Shown: in pieces, positions 1 to 10,757 of the stretch
How positions within the stretch are numbered: the stretch's first letter is position 1
Layout: each line of letters starts with the position of its first letter
NCBI GenBank assembly: GCA_041941765.1
Contig: CP145869.1
Coordinates: 340,011 to 372,010, forward strand
Length of the DNA stretch: 32,000 nucleotides
Reading direction: 5' to 3'
Origin: Candidatus Saccharimonadota bacterium
GTDB lineage: Bacteria > Pseudomonadota > Gammaproteobacteria > Enterobacterales > Enterobacteriaceae
Translations under genes and position numbers: made by a program
Notes under the pieces: generated by a model
Database searches by the model: none
Told to the model about the DNA's origin: nothing
The model's input: only the letters and a program-made list of their open reading frames with translations

Positions 1-193
1 AGCTCATGAATTACTCAAAATTAGGGAATTAAATCCTAGTTTAGCATATAAATTAGTAGAAAAAGGTATTTTTTCATTAGAACACTTAGCAGAACAAGGT
101 ATTGATGATCTTTCTGATATTAAAGGCTTAAATAATGAAAAAGCCGGTCAATTAATTATGGCCGCTCGCAATATCTGTTGGTTTAATAAATAA
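1..193 (+). CDS. nusA: Transcription factor NusA, C-terminal end (5' part lies outside the window)
   Basis: Reading from nt 2 gives ...LAEQGIDDLSDIKGLNNEKAGQLIMAARNICWFNK*, collinear with the E. coli NusA C-terminus (...LAEQGIDDLADIEGLTDEKAGALIMAARNICWFGDEA). It is followed by infB, as in the nusA-infB operon. Confidence 0.9.
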   Translation, partial: AHELLKIRELNPSLAYKLVEKGIFSLEHLAEQGIDDLSDIKGLNNEKAGQLIMAARNICWFNK

Positions 194-220
194 ATAACCA
201 TCAATGATAAAAGGAATCTC

Positions 221-2767
221 ATGAAAGAGATTAATATAAAATCTTTAGCAATAGAAAATCAAATGTCAGTAAAGACAATTATAAAAATTTTTGCATCTTT
301 AGGAATATATAAATCTGAAAAAGACGTGATTACGCAAAAAGAAAAAGAATTATTTTTAAATCAATTTAATGAAAAAAAGACCTCAAAAAAATTATCAGTA
401 ATTTTACCACGAAAAATACATAGTACTTTGAATATTCCTGGAATAGGAGGTAAAAAAGTAAAAGTCGAAATACGCAAAAAAATCTATTTTAAAGAACCAA
501 CTATAGAAGAATTTAACCATAATTCTCAAAAAAACAAAATTTATAAAGAATCTAATGCAGATTCTTTATTGATTAACTCCAAACCAAGTCAAGAACAAAT
601 TCTTAAAAAAGAAGAAAATGATGATTTTCAAAGTAAAGTTGAAACTATTATAGTACCTCAAAAAATTGAAGAAACATGTAAAATTACACAAAACGCTCAT
701 ATAATGGCATCAAAAAGAAATAATAATTATCATTTAGATCTTATTATAGAGGATGAAGATCTAAAAGAAGAAGATGATCGTCTTATAACTGAATTGAAAT
801 CTATTCCACATTCCGAAAAATATGATAAAAAGAAGAAATTAAAGATTAATCGTCCTATTCGCAGTGGAAAATCCAAATTTTTACGATCAAGAAAACATAA
901 TCAACCTTTTGAATCTAAAGTCGATGGAGAAGAAGACAAAGTTATTATTCGTAGTAATAAAAATCATAAAAGTAATTTAAGTATTTTACAACAAACTTTT
1001 AATAAACCAGTACAAAGTATTACAAGAAACATTATTCTTAGTGAAACTATTACTGTTGCAGAATTAGCTAATAAAATGGCTATGAAAAGCTCAGAAATTA
1101 TTAAAGTAATGATGAATATGGGAATAATAGCTACTATTAATGAAATTATAGATCAAGAGACAGCCCAACTAATTGCTGAAGAATTAGGACATAAAGTAAT
1201 CTTACGTCGTGAAAATGAGTTAGAACAAGCTATTTTATCTGATAGAGATATGGGATTAATTACTGAAAATAGAGCCCCTATAGTAACTATTATGGGACAT
1301 GTCGATCATGGAAAAACTTCATTATTAGACTATATTAGATCGACAAAAATTGCAAAAGGTGAAGCAGGAGGTATTACTCAACGTATTGGTGCTTATCATG
1401 TAGAACTTGAAAACAAAATTATTACTTTTATTGATACTCCTGGACATGCGGCTTTTAGTGCTATGAGAGTTCGAGGAATTCAATTAACAGATATTGTTGT
1501 ATTAGTAGTAGCAGCAGATGATGGGGTAATGCCACAAACAATAGAAGCAATTAAACATGCTCAAGCAGCTAATGTTCCTATTATAGTAGCTATTAATAAA
1601 ATCGATAAAATAGAAACAAATACTGATAGAATTAAAAAGGAATTATCTTCATATGGAATTAATCCTGAAGAGTGGGGGGGGGATAATCAGTTTATTTCTA
1701 TTTCGGCAAAAAATGGAATAGGAATTGACGATCTTTTAAATGCCATTTTATTACAAGCTGAAATGTTAGAATTAAAAGCTATTCATAAAGGTATGGCAAC
1801 TGGAGTTGTTATAGAATCCTTTATAGATAAAGGACGGGGTCCAGTTGCAACTGTATTAATACGTGAAGGAACCCTTCATAAAGGAGATATTATCTTATGT
1901 GGTTTTGCATATGGACATGTAAAAGCTATGTTAAATGAACAAGGTTCTGAGGTTAATAAAGCCGGTCCTTCTCTACCTGTAGAAATTTTTGGTTTATCTG
2001 GTCTTCCAACTGTAGGTGATGTATTAACTGTAGTACGTGATGAGAAAAAAGCACGAGAAGTTGCATTATATCGTCAAAGTAAATATAGGGAAGTACAATT
2101 ATCTCAAACTAAAAAAACTGCTTTTCAACAGATGTTTAGTAATATTACTAAAAAAAGGATGTTATCTGAATTCAATCTCATTTTAAAAGCTGATACTCAA
2201 GGATCAGTAGAAGCTATTGCAGAAGCATTAAAAAAACTCTCTACAGATAAAATTGAAATAAAGATTCTCATGTTAGGAGTAGGAGGTATTAGTGAAACCG
2301 ATGCAACATTCGCTGCGGCTTCAAAAGCCATTATAATAGGATTTAATGTACGTGCTGATACTTCTGCACGCAAAATAATTGACCAAGAAAATTTAGATGT
2401 ACGCTATTATTCTGTGATCTATAATTTAATTGACGAGATTAAACAATTAATTTTGGGTAGATTCAAACCAGAATCTGAATCTAAAATTATTGGATTAGCA
2501 GAAGTAAGAAGTATATTTAAATCTCCTAAATTTGGTTCAATAGCAGGTTGTATGGTGAAAAATGGTATAGTTAAACGTCATAAACTACTTAAAATTTTGC
2601 GTAATAATATCGTAATTTATGAAGGAGAATTAGAATCTCTACGCCATTTTAAAAATGATGTAAGTGAAGTTCAGAGTGGACTAGAATGTGGAATTGGAAT
2701 TAAAAACTATCATGATATTCAAATTGGAGATTTAATTGAAATTTCTGAAATGATAAAAGTCAAATAA
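221..2767 (+). CDS. infB: Translation initiation factor IF-2
   Basis: 848-aa ORF with G-domain motifs [13 protein letters not shown] and NKID. It is collinear with E. coli IF2 from the N-terminal MxxxxIKxLA through the C-terminal domain. An aagga Shine-Dalgarno sits 5 nt upstream of the ATG. Confidence 0.97.
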   Translation: MKEINIKSLAIENQMSVKTIIKIFASLGIYKSEKDVITQKEKELFLNQFNEKKTSKKLSVILPRKIHSTLNIPGIGGKKVKVEIRKKIYFKEPTIEEFNHNSQKNKIYKESNADSLLINSKPSQEQILKKEENDDFQSKVETIIVPQKIEETCKITQNAHIMASKRNNNYHLDLIIEDEDLKEEDDRLITELKSIPHSEKYDKKKKLKINRPIRSGKSKFLRSRKHNQPFESKVDGEEDKVIIRSNKNHKSNLSILQQTFNKPVQSITRNIILSETITVAELANKMAMKSSEIIKVMMNMGIIATINEIIDQETAQLIAEELGHKVILRRENELEQAILSDRDMGLITENRAPIVTIMGHVDHGKTSLLDYIRSTKIAKGEAGGITQRIGAYHVELENKIITFIDTPGHAAFSAMRVRGIQLTDIVVLVVAADDGVMPQTIEAIKHAQAANVPIIVAINKIDKIETNTDRIKKELSSYGINPEEWGGDNQFISISAKNGIGIDDLLNAILLQAEMLELKAIHKGMATGVVIESFIDKGRGPVATVLIREGTLHKGDIILCGFAYGHVKAMLNEQGSEVNKAGPSLPVEIFGLSGLPTVGDVLTVVRDEKKAREVALYRQSKYREVQLSQTKKTAFQQMFSNITKKRMLSEFNLILKADTQGSVEAIAEALKKLSTDKIEIKILMLGVGGISETDATFAAASKAIIIGFNVRADTSARKIIDQENLDVRYYSVIYNLIDEIKQLILGRFKPESESKIIGLAEVRSIFKSPKFGSIAGCMVKNGIVKRHKLLKILRNNIVIYEGELESLRHFKNDVSEVQSGLECGIGIKNYHDIQIGDLIEISEMIKVK
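1674..1682 (+). repeat. G9 homopolymer inside the infB G-domain coding sequence (tgg ggg ggg gat = W-G-G-D)
   Basis: Counted directly: 9 consecutive G at 1674-1682. Confidence 0.95.
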
Positions 2768-2781
2768 CAATAAATAAGAAA

Positions 2782-3156
2782 ATGACTGAAATTACACGTT
2801 TACTTCGAGTAAGTAAAACATTAAAAAAAGAAATTACAATAATTTTACATCATAAAATTAAAGATCCTCGGTTAAAATCCTTAATAACTGTCAATCATAT
2901 AGATCTTTCGCGAGATGGTTATTATGCTAAAGTTTTTTTTACTTTTTTAGATATTCAATCTAATAAGATAGAAATCTGTCAAAAAATTAAAGTTTTACAA
3001 CATGCATCAGGATATATTCGAATGTTACTAGGAAAAGCAATGTCCTTACGTATCATCCCTCAATTAGATTTTATTTATGATTCATCAGTTTCAAATGCAG
3101 TATATATGTATGATTTTATTACTAAGGTATTAAAAACTAATCCTCATGAATACTAA
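2782..3156 (+). CDS. rbfA: Ribosome-binding factor A
   Basis: 124-aa ORF with KDPRL and ASGxIRxLLGKAMxLRIxP segments matching E. coli RbfA. It sits between infB and truB. Confidence 0.9.
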   Translation: MTEITRLLRVSKTLKKEITIILHHKIKDPRLKSLITVNHIDLSRDGYYAKVFFTFLDIQSNKIEICQKIKVLQHASGYIRMLLGKAMSLRIIPQLDFIYDSSVSNAVYMYDFITKVLKTNPHEY

Positions 3157-3931
3157 TTATAATATAATTAATGGTATTTTACTCTTGGATAAACCTTCAG
3201 GAATTTCTTCTAATATTGCACTTCAAACTATAAAAAAAATTCTTAAGGTAAAAAAAGCAGGATATATAGGAACCTTAGATCCTATAGCTACCGGTATGCT
3301 ACCAATTTGTTTAGGTAAAGCAACTAAGTTGGCACAATATTTAGTAAATACAGATAAACATTATTATGTCAAAGCAAAATTAGGACAACGTACTGATACT
3401 TTAGATTGTCAGGGCAAAATAATTAGTGAAAAATCAGTAAAAATTAATCATTTAACCGTTCAAAATATTCTGAATGGTTTTTTAGGAACAATCAAACAAA
3501 TTCCTCCTATGTATTCAGCAATAAAAATTAATAATCGTCCATTATATAAATATGCTCGTGAAGGTATAGTGGTATCACGTAAACCTCGTGAGATTATAAT
3601 TCACCATTTACGATTAATTAATTTAATTGATAATGAATTAACACTTGAAGTATATTGTTCTAAAGGTACATATATTAGAACGCTGATTGATGATTTAGGA
3701 GAACAATTAGGTTGTGGAGCTCATGTAATAAAATTACGACGATTACAAGTAGCTTCATATCCTATTGACTATATGATTACTATTAACAAATTGAAGACCT
3801 TAATAAATTATAATATGAATAATGAAGAAGTTAATACCAAATTAATTTCTATTCTAATTACGATAGATAATTCTGTATCAATTTTATCTAAAAAAAATCA
3901 TTTTTGTTCCTCATCATTGATTTTTTTATGA
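3146..3931 (+). CDS. truB: tRNA pseudouridine-55 synthase TruB, C-terminally short (PUA domain apparently absent)
   Basis: 261-aa ORF with LLDKPxGxSSN, the catalytic-Asp motif GTLDPxATGMLPICLG, and CSKGTYIRTLIDDLGExLGCGAHV. The start overlaps the rbfA stop by 11 nt. Confidence 0.9.
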   Translation: MNTNYNIINGILLLDKPSGISSNIALQTIKKILKVKKAGYIGTLDPIATGMLPICLGKATKLAQYLVNTDKHYYVKAKLGQRTDTLDCQGKIISEKSVKINHLTVQNILNGFLGTIKQIPPMYSAIKINNRPLYKYAREGIVVSRKPREIIIHHLRLINLIDNELTLEVYCSKGTYIRTLIDDLGEQLGCGAHVIKLRRLQVASYPIDYMITINKLKTLINYNMNNEEVNTKLISILITIDNSVSILSKKNHFCSSSLIFL

Positions 3932-4026
3932 ATAACCAATTAAAATCAAAATGATTATTCCACAATTACTATTCACTCATTAAATTAGATCAATAAATAG
4001 ATTATATTTTATAATGGAGTTATCTT

Positions 4027-4287
4027 ATGTCGTTTACTAAATCTCAAATTATCGTTAAATACGGAAAGAGTATTAATGATACTGGTTGTACAGAAGTTCA
4101 AGTTGCTTTATTTAGTCATAGAATAGAAGAGTTACATAAACATTTTGCTCAACATAAAAAAGATTATCATAGTCAGAAGGGATTGTTGGGTATAATCTCA
4201 AAAAGAAAAAATTTATTAGCTTATTTAAAACGTAAAGATATTAATCGTTATACAACTTTGATTAAAACTCTTAATTTACGGAGATAA
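4027..4287 (+). CDS. rpsO: 30S ribosomal protein S15
   Basis: 86-aa ORF with NDTGxTEVQVAL and HKKDxHSxxGLL...LAYLKRKD matching E. coli S15. A ggag SD lies upstream. Confidence 0.97.
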   Translation: MSFTKSQIIVKYGKSINDTGCTEVQVALFSHRIEELHKHFAQHKKDYHSQKGLLGIISKRKNLLAYLKRKDINRYTTLIKTLNLRR

Positions 4288-4364
4288 AAATAAGAATATA
4301 TATTACTTTTAAAAAATTACACTGATATTCTCACTTAAATTATCAGAAAATTAAGGATATTATT

Positions 4365-6494
4365 TTGTTGAATCCAATTATACATACATTTAAATATGGA
4401 CAACATACTGTTTCTTTTGAAACAGGAATGATTGCTAGACAAGCTACATCGAGTGTCATAACTAGGATGGATGATACTGTAGTTTTAGTTACTGTAGTAG
4501 TAAATAAAAAAAAAGTCTCTCTTCATAATTTTTTTCCTCTTACAGTAACATATCAAGAACGTTCTTATGCAGCTGGTCGTATTCCAGGAAGTTTTTTTAG
4601 ACGTGAAGGTCGTGCTAGTGAAAATGAAATTCTTATAGCTCGTCTTATTGATCGTCCAATTCGTCCATTATTAATAGAATTAGAAGAGTTTTATTCTTCT
4701 TATGATATTCAAATTATTGCTACAGTTATTTCTATAGATCCTAGAATTCATCCAGATATTGTAGCCTTAATTGGAACTTCTGCAGCTCTTAGTATTTCAG
4801 GACTTCCTTTTAAAGGTCCTATTGGTGCTGCACGAGTAGGATATATTGGAAATAAGTATATTTTAAATCCAACTATAGAGGAACTTAAATATAGTAATTT
4901 AGATTTAATTGTTGCTGGTACCAAAACTGCAGTTTTAATGGTAGAAGCTGAAGCAAAAGTTATTAATGAAGATCAAATATTAGATGCAATAATTTATGGA
5001 CATGAACAACAACAAATTGTCATTCATAATATAAATGCATTAGTTGAACAAGTAGATCAAAAACCTGTTTATTACTGGATACCTAATGCAATTAATTCTT
5101 TCATCAATACTGAACTGTATACAAAAATTGCTCTTCTATCCGAAGACAAATTTAGTAATGCATATCGTATTATAGATAAACTAAGACGTTATGCAGAATT
5201 AGATGTAATTAAATCTGATGTATTAGCTATAGTACAAACAGAAAATCCTGGTGTAGATGAAAATTTAATAAATAATTTTTTATATAAAATTCAAAAACAA
5301 CTTGTACGAAATTTATTATTAAAAAAAAATATTAGAATTGATGGTCGTGATCAAGATACTATTCGTAAGATAGATGTCCAAACTGGAGTTTTACCAAGAG
5401 TACATGGATCATCTTTATTTACCCGAGGGGAAACTCAAGCTTTAGTTACAGTTACTTTAGGTACTGATCGAGATGCACAAAATCTTGATGAATTAACTGG
5501 AGATCGTACGGATTCTTTTATCTTTCATTATAATTTTCCTCCTTATTCAATTGGTGAAATAGCAATGATAGGACCTCCAAAACGACGTGAAATTGGTCAT
5601 GGTCGTTTAGCAAAACGTGGAATTTTGGCAGTGATGCCCAGTCATGATATTTTTCCTTATACTGTGCGTATAGTATCTGAAATAACTGAATCTAATGGTT
5701 CTTCTTCTATGGCTTCGGTTTGTGGTGCTTCTTTGGCATTAATGGATGCTGGTGTTCCTATAAAAGCAGCAGTTGCTGGAATTGCAATGGGATTAGTAAA
5801 AGAAGGTAATAATTTTATAGTTCTTTCTGATATTATTGGTGATGAGGATCATTTTGGTGATATGGATTTAAAAGTAGCTGGTACCAATGAGGGTATTACT
5901 GCATTACAAATGGATATTAAAATTGAAGGAATTACTAGTGACATTCTGAAATTCGCATTTCATCAAGCTAAAAAGGCTCGTTTAAATATATTAAATATTA
6001 TGGAAAAAGCTATTAGTTTACCTCGTTTGGATATTTCTAAATATGCACCAAGAATACATATCATAAAAATACATCCCGATAAAATTAAAGATGTTATAGG
6101 AAAAGGTGGATCAGTTATTAGATCTGTAACTGAAGAAACAGGTACTATTATTGAGATTGACGATGATGGTACAATTAAAATTGCTTCAGTTGATAGTACT
6201 AAAGCAGAATTAGCTCTTCACCGCATTAAAGAAATTACTGCAGATATTGAAATAGGTTGCTTTTATAGTGGTAAAGTATCTAGGATTGTAGATTTTGGTG
6301 CTTTTATTACTATTCTAATAGGAAAAAATAAATGGAGTAAAGAAGGGTTAATACATATTTCACAAATTTCTGAAAAACGTGTAGAAAAAGTAACGGATTA
6401 TTTAAAAATTGGTCAAATAGTGACAGTAAAAGTACTCAACATTGATAACCAAGGACGTATTCGTCTTACTATGAAAGGCCTAATTAAATCTTAA
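4365..6494 (+). CDS. pnp: Polynucleotide phosphorylase
   Basis: 709-aa ORF, collinear with E. coli PNPase (MLNPIxxxFxYGQHTV..., two RNase PH domains, KH and S1 domains). It uses a TTG start at 4365, the same unusual start as E. coli pnp. An aaggat SD lies at 4353-4358. Confidence 0.97.
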   Translation: MLNPIIHTFKYGQHTVSFETGMIARQATSSVITRMDDTVVLVTVVVNKKKVSLHNFFPLTVTYQERSYAAGRIPGSFFRREGRASENEILIARLIDRPIRPLLIELEEFYSSYDIQIIATVISIDPRIHPDIVALIGTSAALSISGLPFKGPIGAARVGYIGNKYILNPTIEELKYSNLDLIVAGTKTAVLMVEAEAKVINEDQILDAIIYGHEQQQIVIHNINALVEQVDQKPVYYWIPNAINSFINTELYTKIALLSEDKFSNAYRIIDKLRRYAELDVIKSDVLAIVQTENPGVDENLINNFLYKIQKQLVRNLLLKKNIRIDGRDQDTIRKIDVQTGVLPRVHGSSLFTRGETQALVTVTLGTDRDAQNLDELTGDRTDSFIFHYNFPPYSIGEIAMIGPPKRREIGHGRLAKRGILAVMPSHDIFPYTVRIVSEITESNGSSSMASVCGASLALMDAGVPIKAAVAGIAMGLVKEGNNFIVLSDIIGDEDHFGDMDLKVAGTNEGITALQMDIKIEGITSDILKFAFHQAKKARLNILNIMEKAISLPRLDISKYAPRIHIIKIHPDKIKDVIGKGGSVIRSVTEETGTIIEIDDDGTIKIASVDSTKAELALHRIKEITADIEIGCFYSGKVSRIVDFGAFITILIGKNKWSKEGLIHISQISEKRVEKVTDYLKIGQIVTVKVLNIDNQGRIRLTMKGLIKS

Positions 6495-6538
6495 TATATA
6501 AAATGTAATAACATCTGTAGAGGTATGTAATATACAAT

Positions 6539-8236
6539 ATGATCAATTTAGTAGTAGAAAAAAGTTTTACTGAATTAGGGTTAAAATTATCTCTTTTAGA
6601 CTCATTAAAGCTTATGGGTTATATTAAACCATCTCCAATTCAGATTAAGTGTATTCCATACTTACTTCAAGGATATGATGTATTAGGTATTGCACAAACT
6701 GGAAGTGGTAAAACTGCTGCATTCCTTTTACCATTATTAAATAATTTGAAAATAGATTTAAGACATCCTCAAGGTTTGATTTTGGTACCTACTAGAGAAT
6801 TAGCAATTCAAGTAACAGAAGCATGTATTAATTTTGCTAAATTTATTTCTAAAATAAATATTTTAGCTATATATGGAGGACAACGTTATGAAATTCAATT
6901 ACATGGGTTGCGTAAAGGTCCACAAATCATAGTAGGCACCCCAGGTCGTTTATTAGATCATATAAGAAAAGAGACCTTAAATTTATCTTATTTACATAGT
7001 TTTATATTAGATGAAGCAGATGAAATGTTGAGAATGGGATTCATTGAAGATGTAGAAAAAATTATGACCAAAATCCCATCTGGTAAACAAATTGCTTTAT
7101 TTTCTGCAACTATGCCTGAACCTATTCGTCGTATTACACGAAAATTTATGAAAGAACCATATGAAGTACGTATTCATACGAATATAACAACTCGTCCTAA
7201 TATCATTCAAAAGTTTTGGATAGTTCAAGGAAATAAAAGTAATGCGTTAATACGTTTTTTAGAAGTAGAAGATTTTGATGCAGTTCTAATATTTGTACGT
7301 ACAAAAACTGCTACTTTAGAAGTAGCAAAAAATTTAGAATATAGTGGTTATAAAACTGCTGCACTTAATGGTGATATGAATCAAACATTACGTGAACAAA
7401 CTTTAGAACGGTTTAAATCTGGGAATCTAGATATTCTTATTGCTACAGATATCGCTGCTCGGGGATTAGATGTTGATAGAATTAGTTTAGTAGTAAATTA
7501 TGATATTCCGATGGATGTAGATTCTTATATTCATCGTATTGGAAGAACGGGAAGGGCTGGTCGTATAGGTAAAGCTTTAGTTTTTGTGGAAAAACGTGAG
7601 CAAAGGTTATTATATAAGATTAAACGTTGTATGAAAGTAGAAATTTCAGAAGTTAATCTTCCAAGTACAGAATTTATTAGTGAACGTAGATTATCAAAAT
7701 TTGCGGCAAAAGTAGAACAACAAATTGAAAGTAATGATTTAGCAAAATATAAAACTTTATTATCAAAAATCCATCCTAAAAATTTTTATGATATTAACAC
7801 TTTAGCAGCTGTACTATTAAAAATAGCACAAGAAAATAATCCATTAATTTTAGCACCTGATAATCTAAGTTTAAATAATAATCAAAAAAAAATTGTACAA
7901 TCGAATGAATTTAAACCTAATAATATGAATTTATATAGGATTGAATTAGGACGTAATCATGGTTTAAAAATTTCAGAACTTTTAGAAATCTTTCATAAGA
8001 AACTTAATAAACATGAGATTGGAAATATCAAACTATTTAGTTATCATACTACTATTGAATTACCTAAAAATAAATCTGAAACTATATTACATAATTTTAA
8101 ACATATCCGTATATTAAATAAATCATTGAAAATAAAATTACTTGGAGATAGCAATTTATTTGTTAGAAGTATATCAAAAAAAAAAAAAAAGAGTTTCTTG
8201 AAAGAAGGTATAAAAAAAATATCGAATAGGATTTAG
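6539..8236 (+). CDS. deaD: DEAD-box ATP-dependent RNA helicase DeaD/CsdA
   Basis: 565-aa ORF with [26 protein letters not shown] and [10 protein letters not shown] motifs plus a Lys-rich C-terminal tail. It sits after pnp, as in E. coli. Confidence 0.93.
   Translation: MINLVVEKSFTELGLKLSLLDSLKLMGYIKPSPIQIKCIPYLLQGYDVLGIAQTGSGKTAAFLLPLLNNLKIDLRHPQGLILVPTRELAIQVTEACINFAKFISKINILAIYGGQRYEIQLHGLRKGPQIIVGTPGRLLDHIRKETLNLSYLHSFILDEADEMLRMGFIEDVEKIMTKIPSGKQIALFSATMPEPIRRITRKFMKEPYEVRIHTNITTRPNIIQKFWIVQGNKSNALIRFLEVEDFDAVLIFVRTKTATLEVAKNLEYSGYKTAALNGDMNQTLREQTLERFKSGNLDILIATDIAARGLDVDRISLVVNYDIPMDVDSYIHRIGRTGRAGRIGKALVFVEKREQRLLYKIKRCMKVEISEVNLPSTEFISERRLSKFAAKVEQQIESNDLAKYKTLLSKIHPKNFYDINTLAAVLLKIAQENNPLILAPDNLSLNNNQKKIVQSNEFKPNNMNLYRIELGRNHGLKISELLEIFHKKLNKHEIGNIKLFSYHTTIELPKNKSETILHNFKHIRILNKSLKIKLLGDSNLFVRSISKKKKKSFLKEGIKKISNRI
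8176..8190 (+). repeat. A15 homopolymer inside the deaD 3' coding region (five Lys codons)
   Basis: Counted directly: 15 consecutive A at 8176-8190, 46 nt before the deaD stop. Confidence 0.95.
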
Positions 8237-8501
8237 TAGTTTGAATAGTTAAAACTAATTAATTTTGATTAAAGAAACATTTTTTGTACTTAACGTGAAA
8301 AAGCTTTCTTGATAAAATAATTTCTATAATCAATAAATATAATGAATTGTAAATAAGTAGGTTTGTTTTTTTTTATAGGGTAAAAAGGCTAATAAATAAA
8401 GTACATTTAATTTGACCAGTCGTTCTTTTTTTTTCTTATTTTAAATACATCCTATTTTTTAAAAATGTCAATTTTTTTTATACGAATTAATAGCTTTTAA
8501 A

Positions 8502-8538
8502 ATGTGGCATACAGGTTATCATAAACTGGACGCCACAT
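8502..8538 (-). terminator. Possible grpE terminator hairpin (atgtggc ... gccacat)
   Basis: 7-bp inverted repeat at 8502-8508 / 8532-8538, about 18 nt downstream of the grpE stop on the minus strand and followed there by tttt. The loop is long (23 nt), so support is weak. Confidence 0.3.
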
Positions 8539-8555
8539 TAATTAATCTATTTTTT

Positions 8556-9206
8556 TTATGAAGAGTTCATTTTATACTTAGATACAATTACCATAGCTGG
8601 ACGCAATAATCTTCCATTAAGAATATAACCTGGTTGTATTATTTCTAATACAGTATTGGTTTTTATATCTTTACATTCTTCTATTTCTTTAATAGACATT
8701 GCTTGATGTATATCCGGATTAAAAGGAACTTGTGTTTCTTTAATAACTTTTACTCCATATTTCTGTATGGTATTTAAAAGACATTTGAATGTTAATTCAA
8801 CTCCTTCAATCATCGAAAATAATTGGAGATGAGATTTATCGGCCATTTTAAGTGCACGTTCCAAGCTATCAATTACAGGTAAAAGTTCTCCCATAAATTT
8901 TTCTAAAGCAAATTTAGAGGTTTTTTCCATTTCTAAATCTGCACGTTTTCGAATATTTTGAATTTCTGCTTGAGCACGTAAAAATTGATCACGTTCATGT
9001 TTTTGTGCTTCAAGAAGCTGCATTTCAAGGGTAGCAATTCTCTCTTCATAATTATTATCCTTACTATTATTTTGAGAATTTAAATGATGATTTTTTATTT
9101 CATTATTATCATTGTCACATAATCCATTTTTTTTTTCATTTTCTGTTTTTATTGTATTGTTATTATTCGTTATGGTTGATTTTTTATCTTTGCTTTTACT
9201 ACTCAT
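8556..9206 (-). CDS. grpE: Nucleotide exchange factor GrpE
   Basis: The C-terminal two thirds are collinear with E. coli GrpE (FALEKFxxELLPVIDSLERAL...GYxLNGRxxRxAMVxV). I prefer the ATG at 9206 (MSSK..., as in E. coli MSSKEQ) because a ggagaa SD lies at 9211-9216. The ORF-track start at 9236 is a GTG 10 codons upstream. Confidence 0.9.
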   Translation of the reverse strand: MSSKSKDKKSTITNNNNTIKTENEKKNGLCDNDNNEIKNHHLNSQNNSKDNNYEERIATLEMQLLEAQKHERDQFLRAQAEIQNIRKRADLEMEKTSKFALEKFMGELLPVIDSLERALKMADKSHLQLFSMIEGVELTFKCLLNTIQKYGVKVIKETQVPFNPDIHQAMSIKEIEECKDIKTNTVLEIIQPGYILNGRLLRPAMVIVSKYKMNSS

Positions 9207-9246
9207 GAAATTCTCCAAATCTGCACAATTCTTCACTGATTTGATT

Positions 9247-9276
9247 ATTATATAGATGAGTAAGAGAGTTTCAAGA
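9247..9276 (-). promoter_or_regulatory. Candidate sigma-32 type heat-shock promoter upstream of grpE
   Basis: The minus strand reads tCTTGAAA (9276-9269), 13 nt, then CTATATAAT (9255-9247). The -35 matches the sigma-32 consensus CTTGAAA exactly; the -10 is an AT-shifted version of CCCCATnT. Confidence 0.35.
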
Positions 9277-9332
9277 CAAGTTATAATTTGTTATATATTA
9301 ATTATGTTTGTATTAAGAAAATGGTATAAATA

Positions 9333-10217
9333 ATGAAAAAAAAATTTAATAATATTGGTCTAGTGGGACGACCACGCAATCCAAATGCATTAATTACACT
9401 TAAAACTATTTTAGAATGGTTAAAGTTCAAAGGATATGAAGTTTATATTGAATATAATTTAGCTCATAAATTTAATATTCATAATATTAAAAAAGACAGT
9501 TTAACAAATATTGGTAAACAAGCAGATTTAGCAGTAGTTATTGGTGGTGACGGTAATATGCTTCGAGCAGCACGAGTATTAGCTAAATATAATATTAATG
9601 TAATTGGTATTAATAGTGGTAATTTAGGTTTTTTAACAGATCTTACTCTTAGAAATGCTCAATATTACTTAAATGAGGTGTTAAAAGGTCATTATATTAT
9701 TGATAACCGTTTTCTACTTGAAGCAACTATAGGTTGTTACCCAAATTATCCAAAAAACCATTATTATTTAGCCATGAATGAAGTGATTATTCATACTGGA
9801 AAAGTAGCACATATGTTTGAATTTGAAGTATATATAGATGATCAATTTGCATTTTCTCAACGTTCAGATGGTTTGATTATTTCTACTCCTACTGGATCTA
9901 CTGCTTATTCTTTATCAGCGGGAGGAACGATTTTAACTCCCTCATTAGATGCAATTATTTTAGTTTCTATGTTTCCTCATACTCTTTCTTCAAGGCCGTT
10001 AGTTATTAATAGTAGTAGTATTATACTGATACGTTTACGTTTTTCCGATATGCATCTTTATATGAGTTGTGATAGTCAGATTATGCTGTCTCTAAATATA
10101 GGTGAAGATATTGTAATAAGACGAAGTATTTATAATCTTAATTTGATTCATCCAATAAATTATAATTATTTTAATATTTTAAGTAATAAATTAGGATGGT
10201 CAAAAAAGCTTTTTTGA
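9333..10217 (+). CDS. nadK: NAD kinase
   Basis: 294-aa ORF with [11 protein letters not shown] and [14 protein letters not shown], and a C-terminus LGWSKKLF identical to E. coli NadK. It is divergent from grpE, as in E. coli. Confidence 0.93.
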   Translation: MKKKFNNIGLVGRPRNPNALITLKTILEWLKFKGYEVYIEYNLAHKFNIHNIKKDSLTNIGKQADLAVVIGGDGNMLRAARVLAKYNINVIGINSGNLGFLTDLTLRNAQYYLNEVLKGHYIIDNRFLLEATIGCYPNYPKNHYYLAMNEVIIHTGKVAHMFEFEVYIDDQFAFSQRSDGLIISTPTGSTAYSLSAGGTILTPSLDAIILVSMFPHTLSSRPLVINSSSIILIRLRFSDMHLYMSCDSQIMLSLNIGEDIVIRRSIYNLNLIHPINYNYFNILSNKLGWSKKLF

Positions 10218-10268
10218 TCTTTATTGACTTATATTGCTTTTTATGATGTTATTAATATATAATTATTT

Positions 10269-10739
10269 ATGATAAATAAAAAAATACATACTATTACTAA
10301 TAATAGACGTGCTTATTATGAATATTCTATTGAAGATACATTTGAAGCTGGTATTATATTACAGGGCTGGGAAGTAAAATCTCTTCGTTTAGGAGGACAA
10401 GTCCAAATAAGTAATAGTTATGTCTTATTACATAATGGAAATGCTTATTTAGTAGGTACTCATTTTCAACCTACACCCAATGTATCTAATCATATAACTT
10501 GTAATCCAATTCGTGAAAAAAAATTATTACTTAAACAAAGAGAATTAAAAATTTTATATGGTAAAGTAAAGCATAAAAGATATACAGTGATTGCTTTATC
10601 TTTATATTGGAAAATAATTTGGTGTAAAGTACTTATTGGAATTGCTAAAGGTAAAAAACAATATGATAAACGTGTTCATATTAAAAATCGTGAATGGAAA
10701 ATTGATAAAGAACGTTTTATAAAAAATAAAATGATATAA
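10269..10739 (+). CDS. smpB: SsrA-binding protein SmpB
   Basis: 156-aa ORF with [29 protein letters not shown], immediately upstream of the tmRNA gene. Confidence 0.95.
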   Translation: MINKKIHTITNNRRAYYEYSIEDTFEAGIILQGWEVKSLRLGGQVQISNSYVLLHNGNAYLVGTHFQPTPNVSNHITCNPIREKKLLLKQRELKILYGKVKHKRYTVIALSLYWKIIWCKVLIGIAKGKKQYDKRVHIKNREWKIDKERFIKNKMI

Positions 10740-10757
10740 ATCTAATAATAAGATATT

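Noticed and set aside
3890-3931. A8 tract near the truB 3' end as a slippage site that could restore a longer TruB.
   Set aside because: The two alternative frames after the tract terminate within about 10 and about 20 codons, and neither resembles the PUA domain.
9207-9236. GTG start extending grpE by 10 codons (the ORF-track start).
   Set aside because: The downstream ATG at 9206 is preceded by a ggagaa SD and reproduces the E. coli MSSK N-terminus. The extension would place the SD inside the coding sequence.
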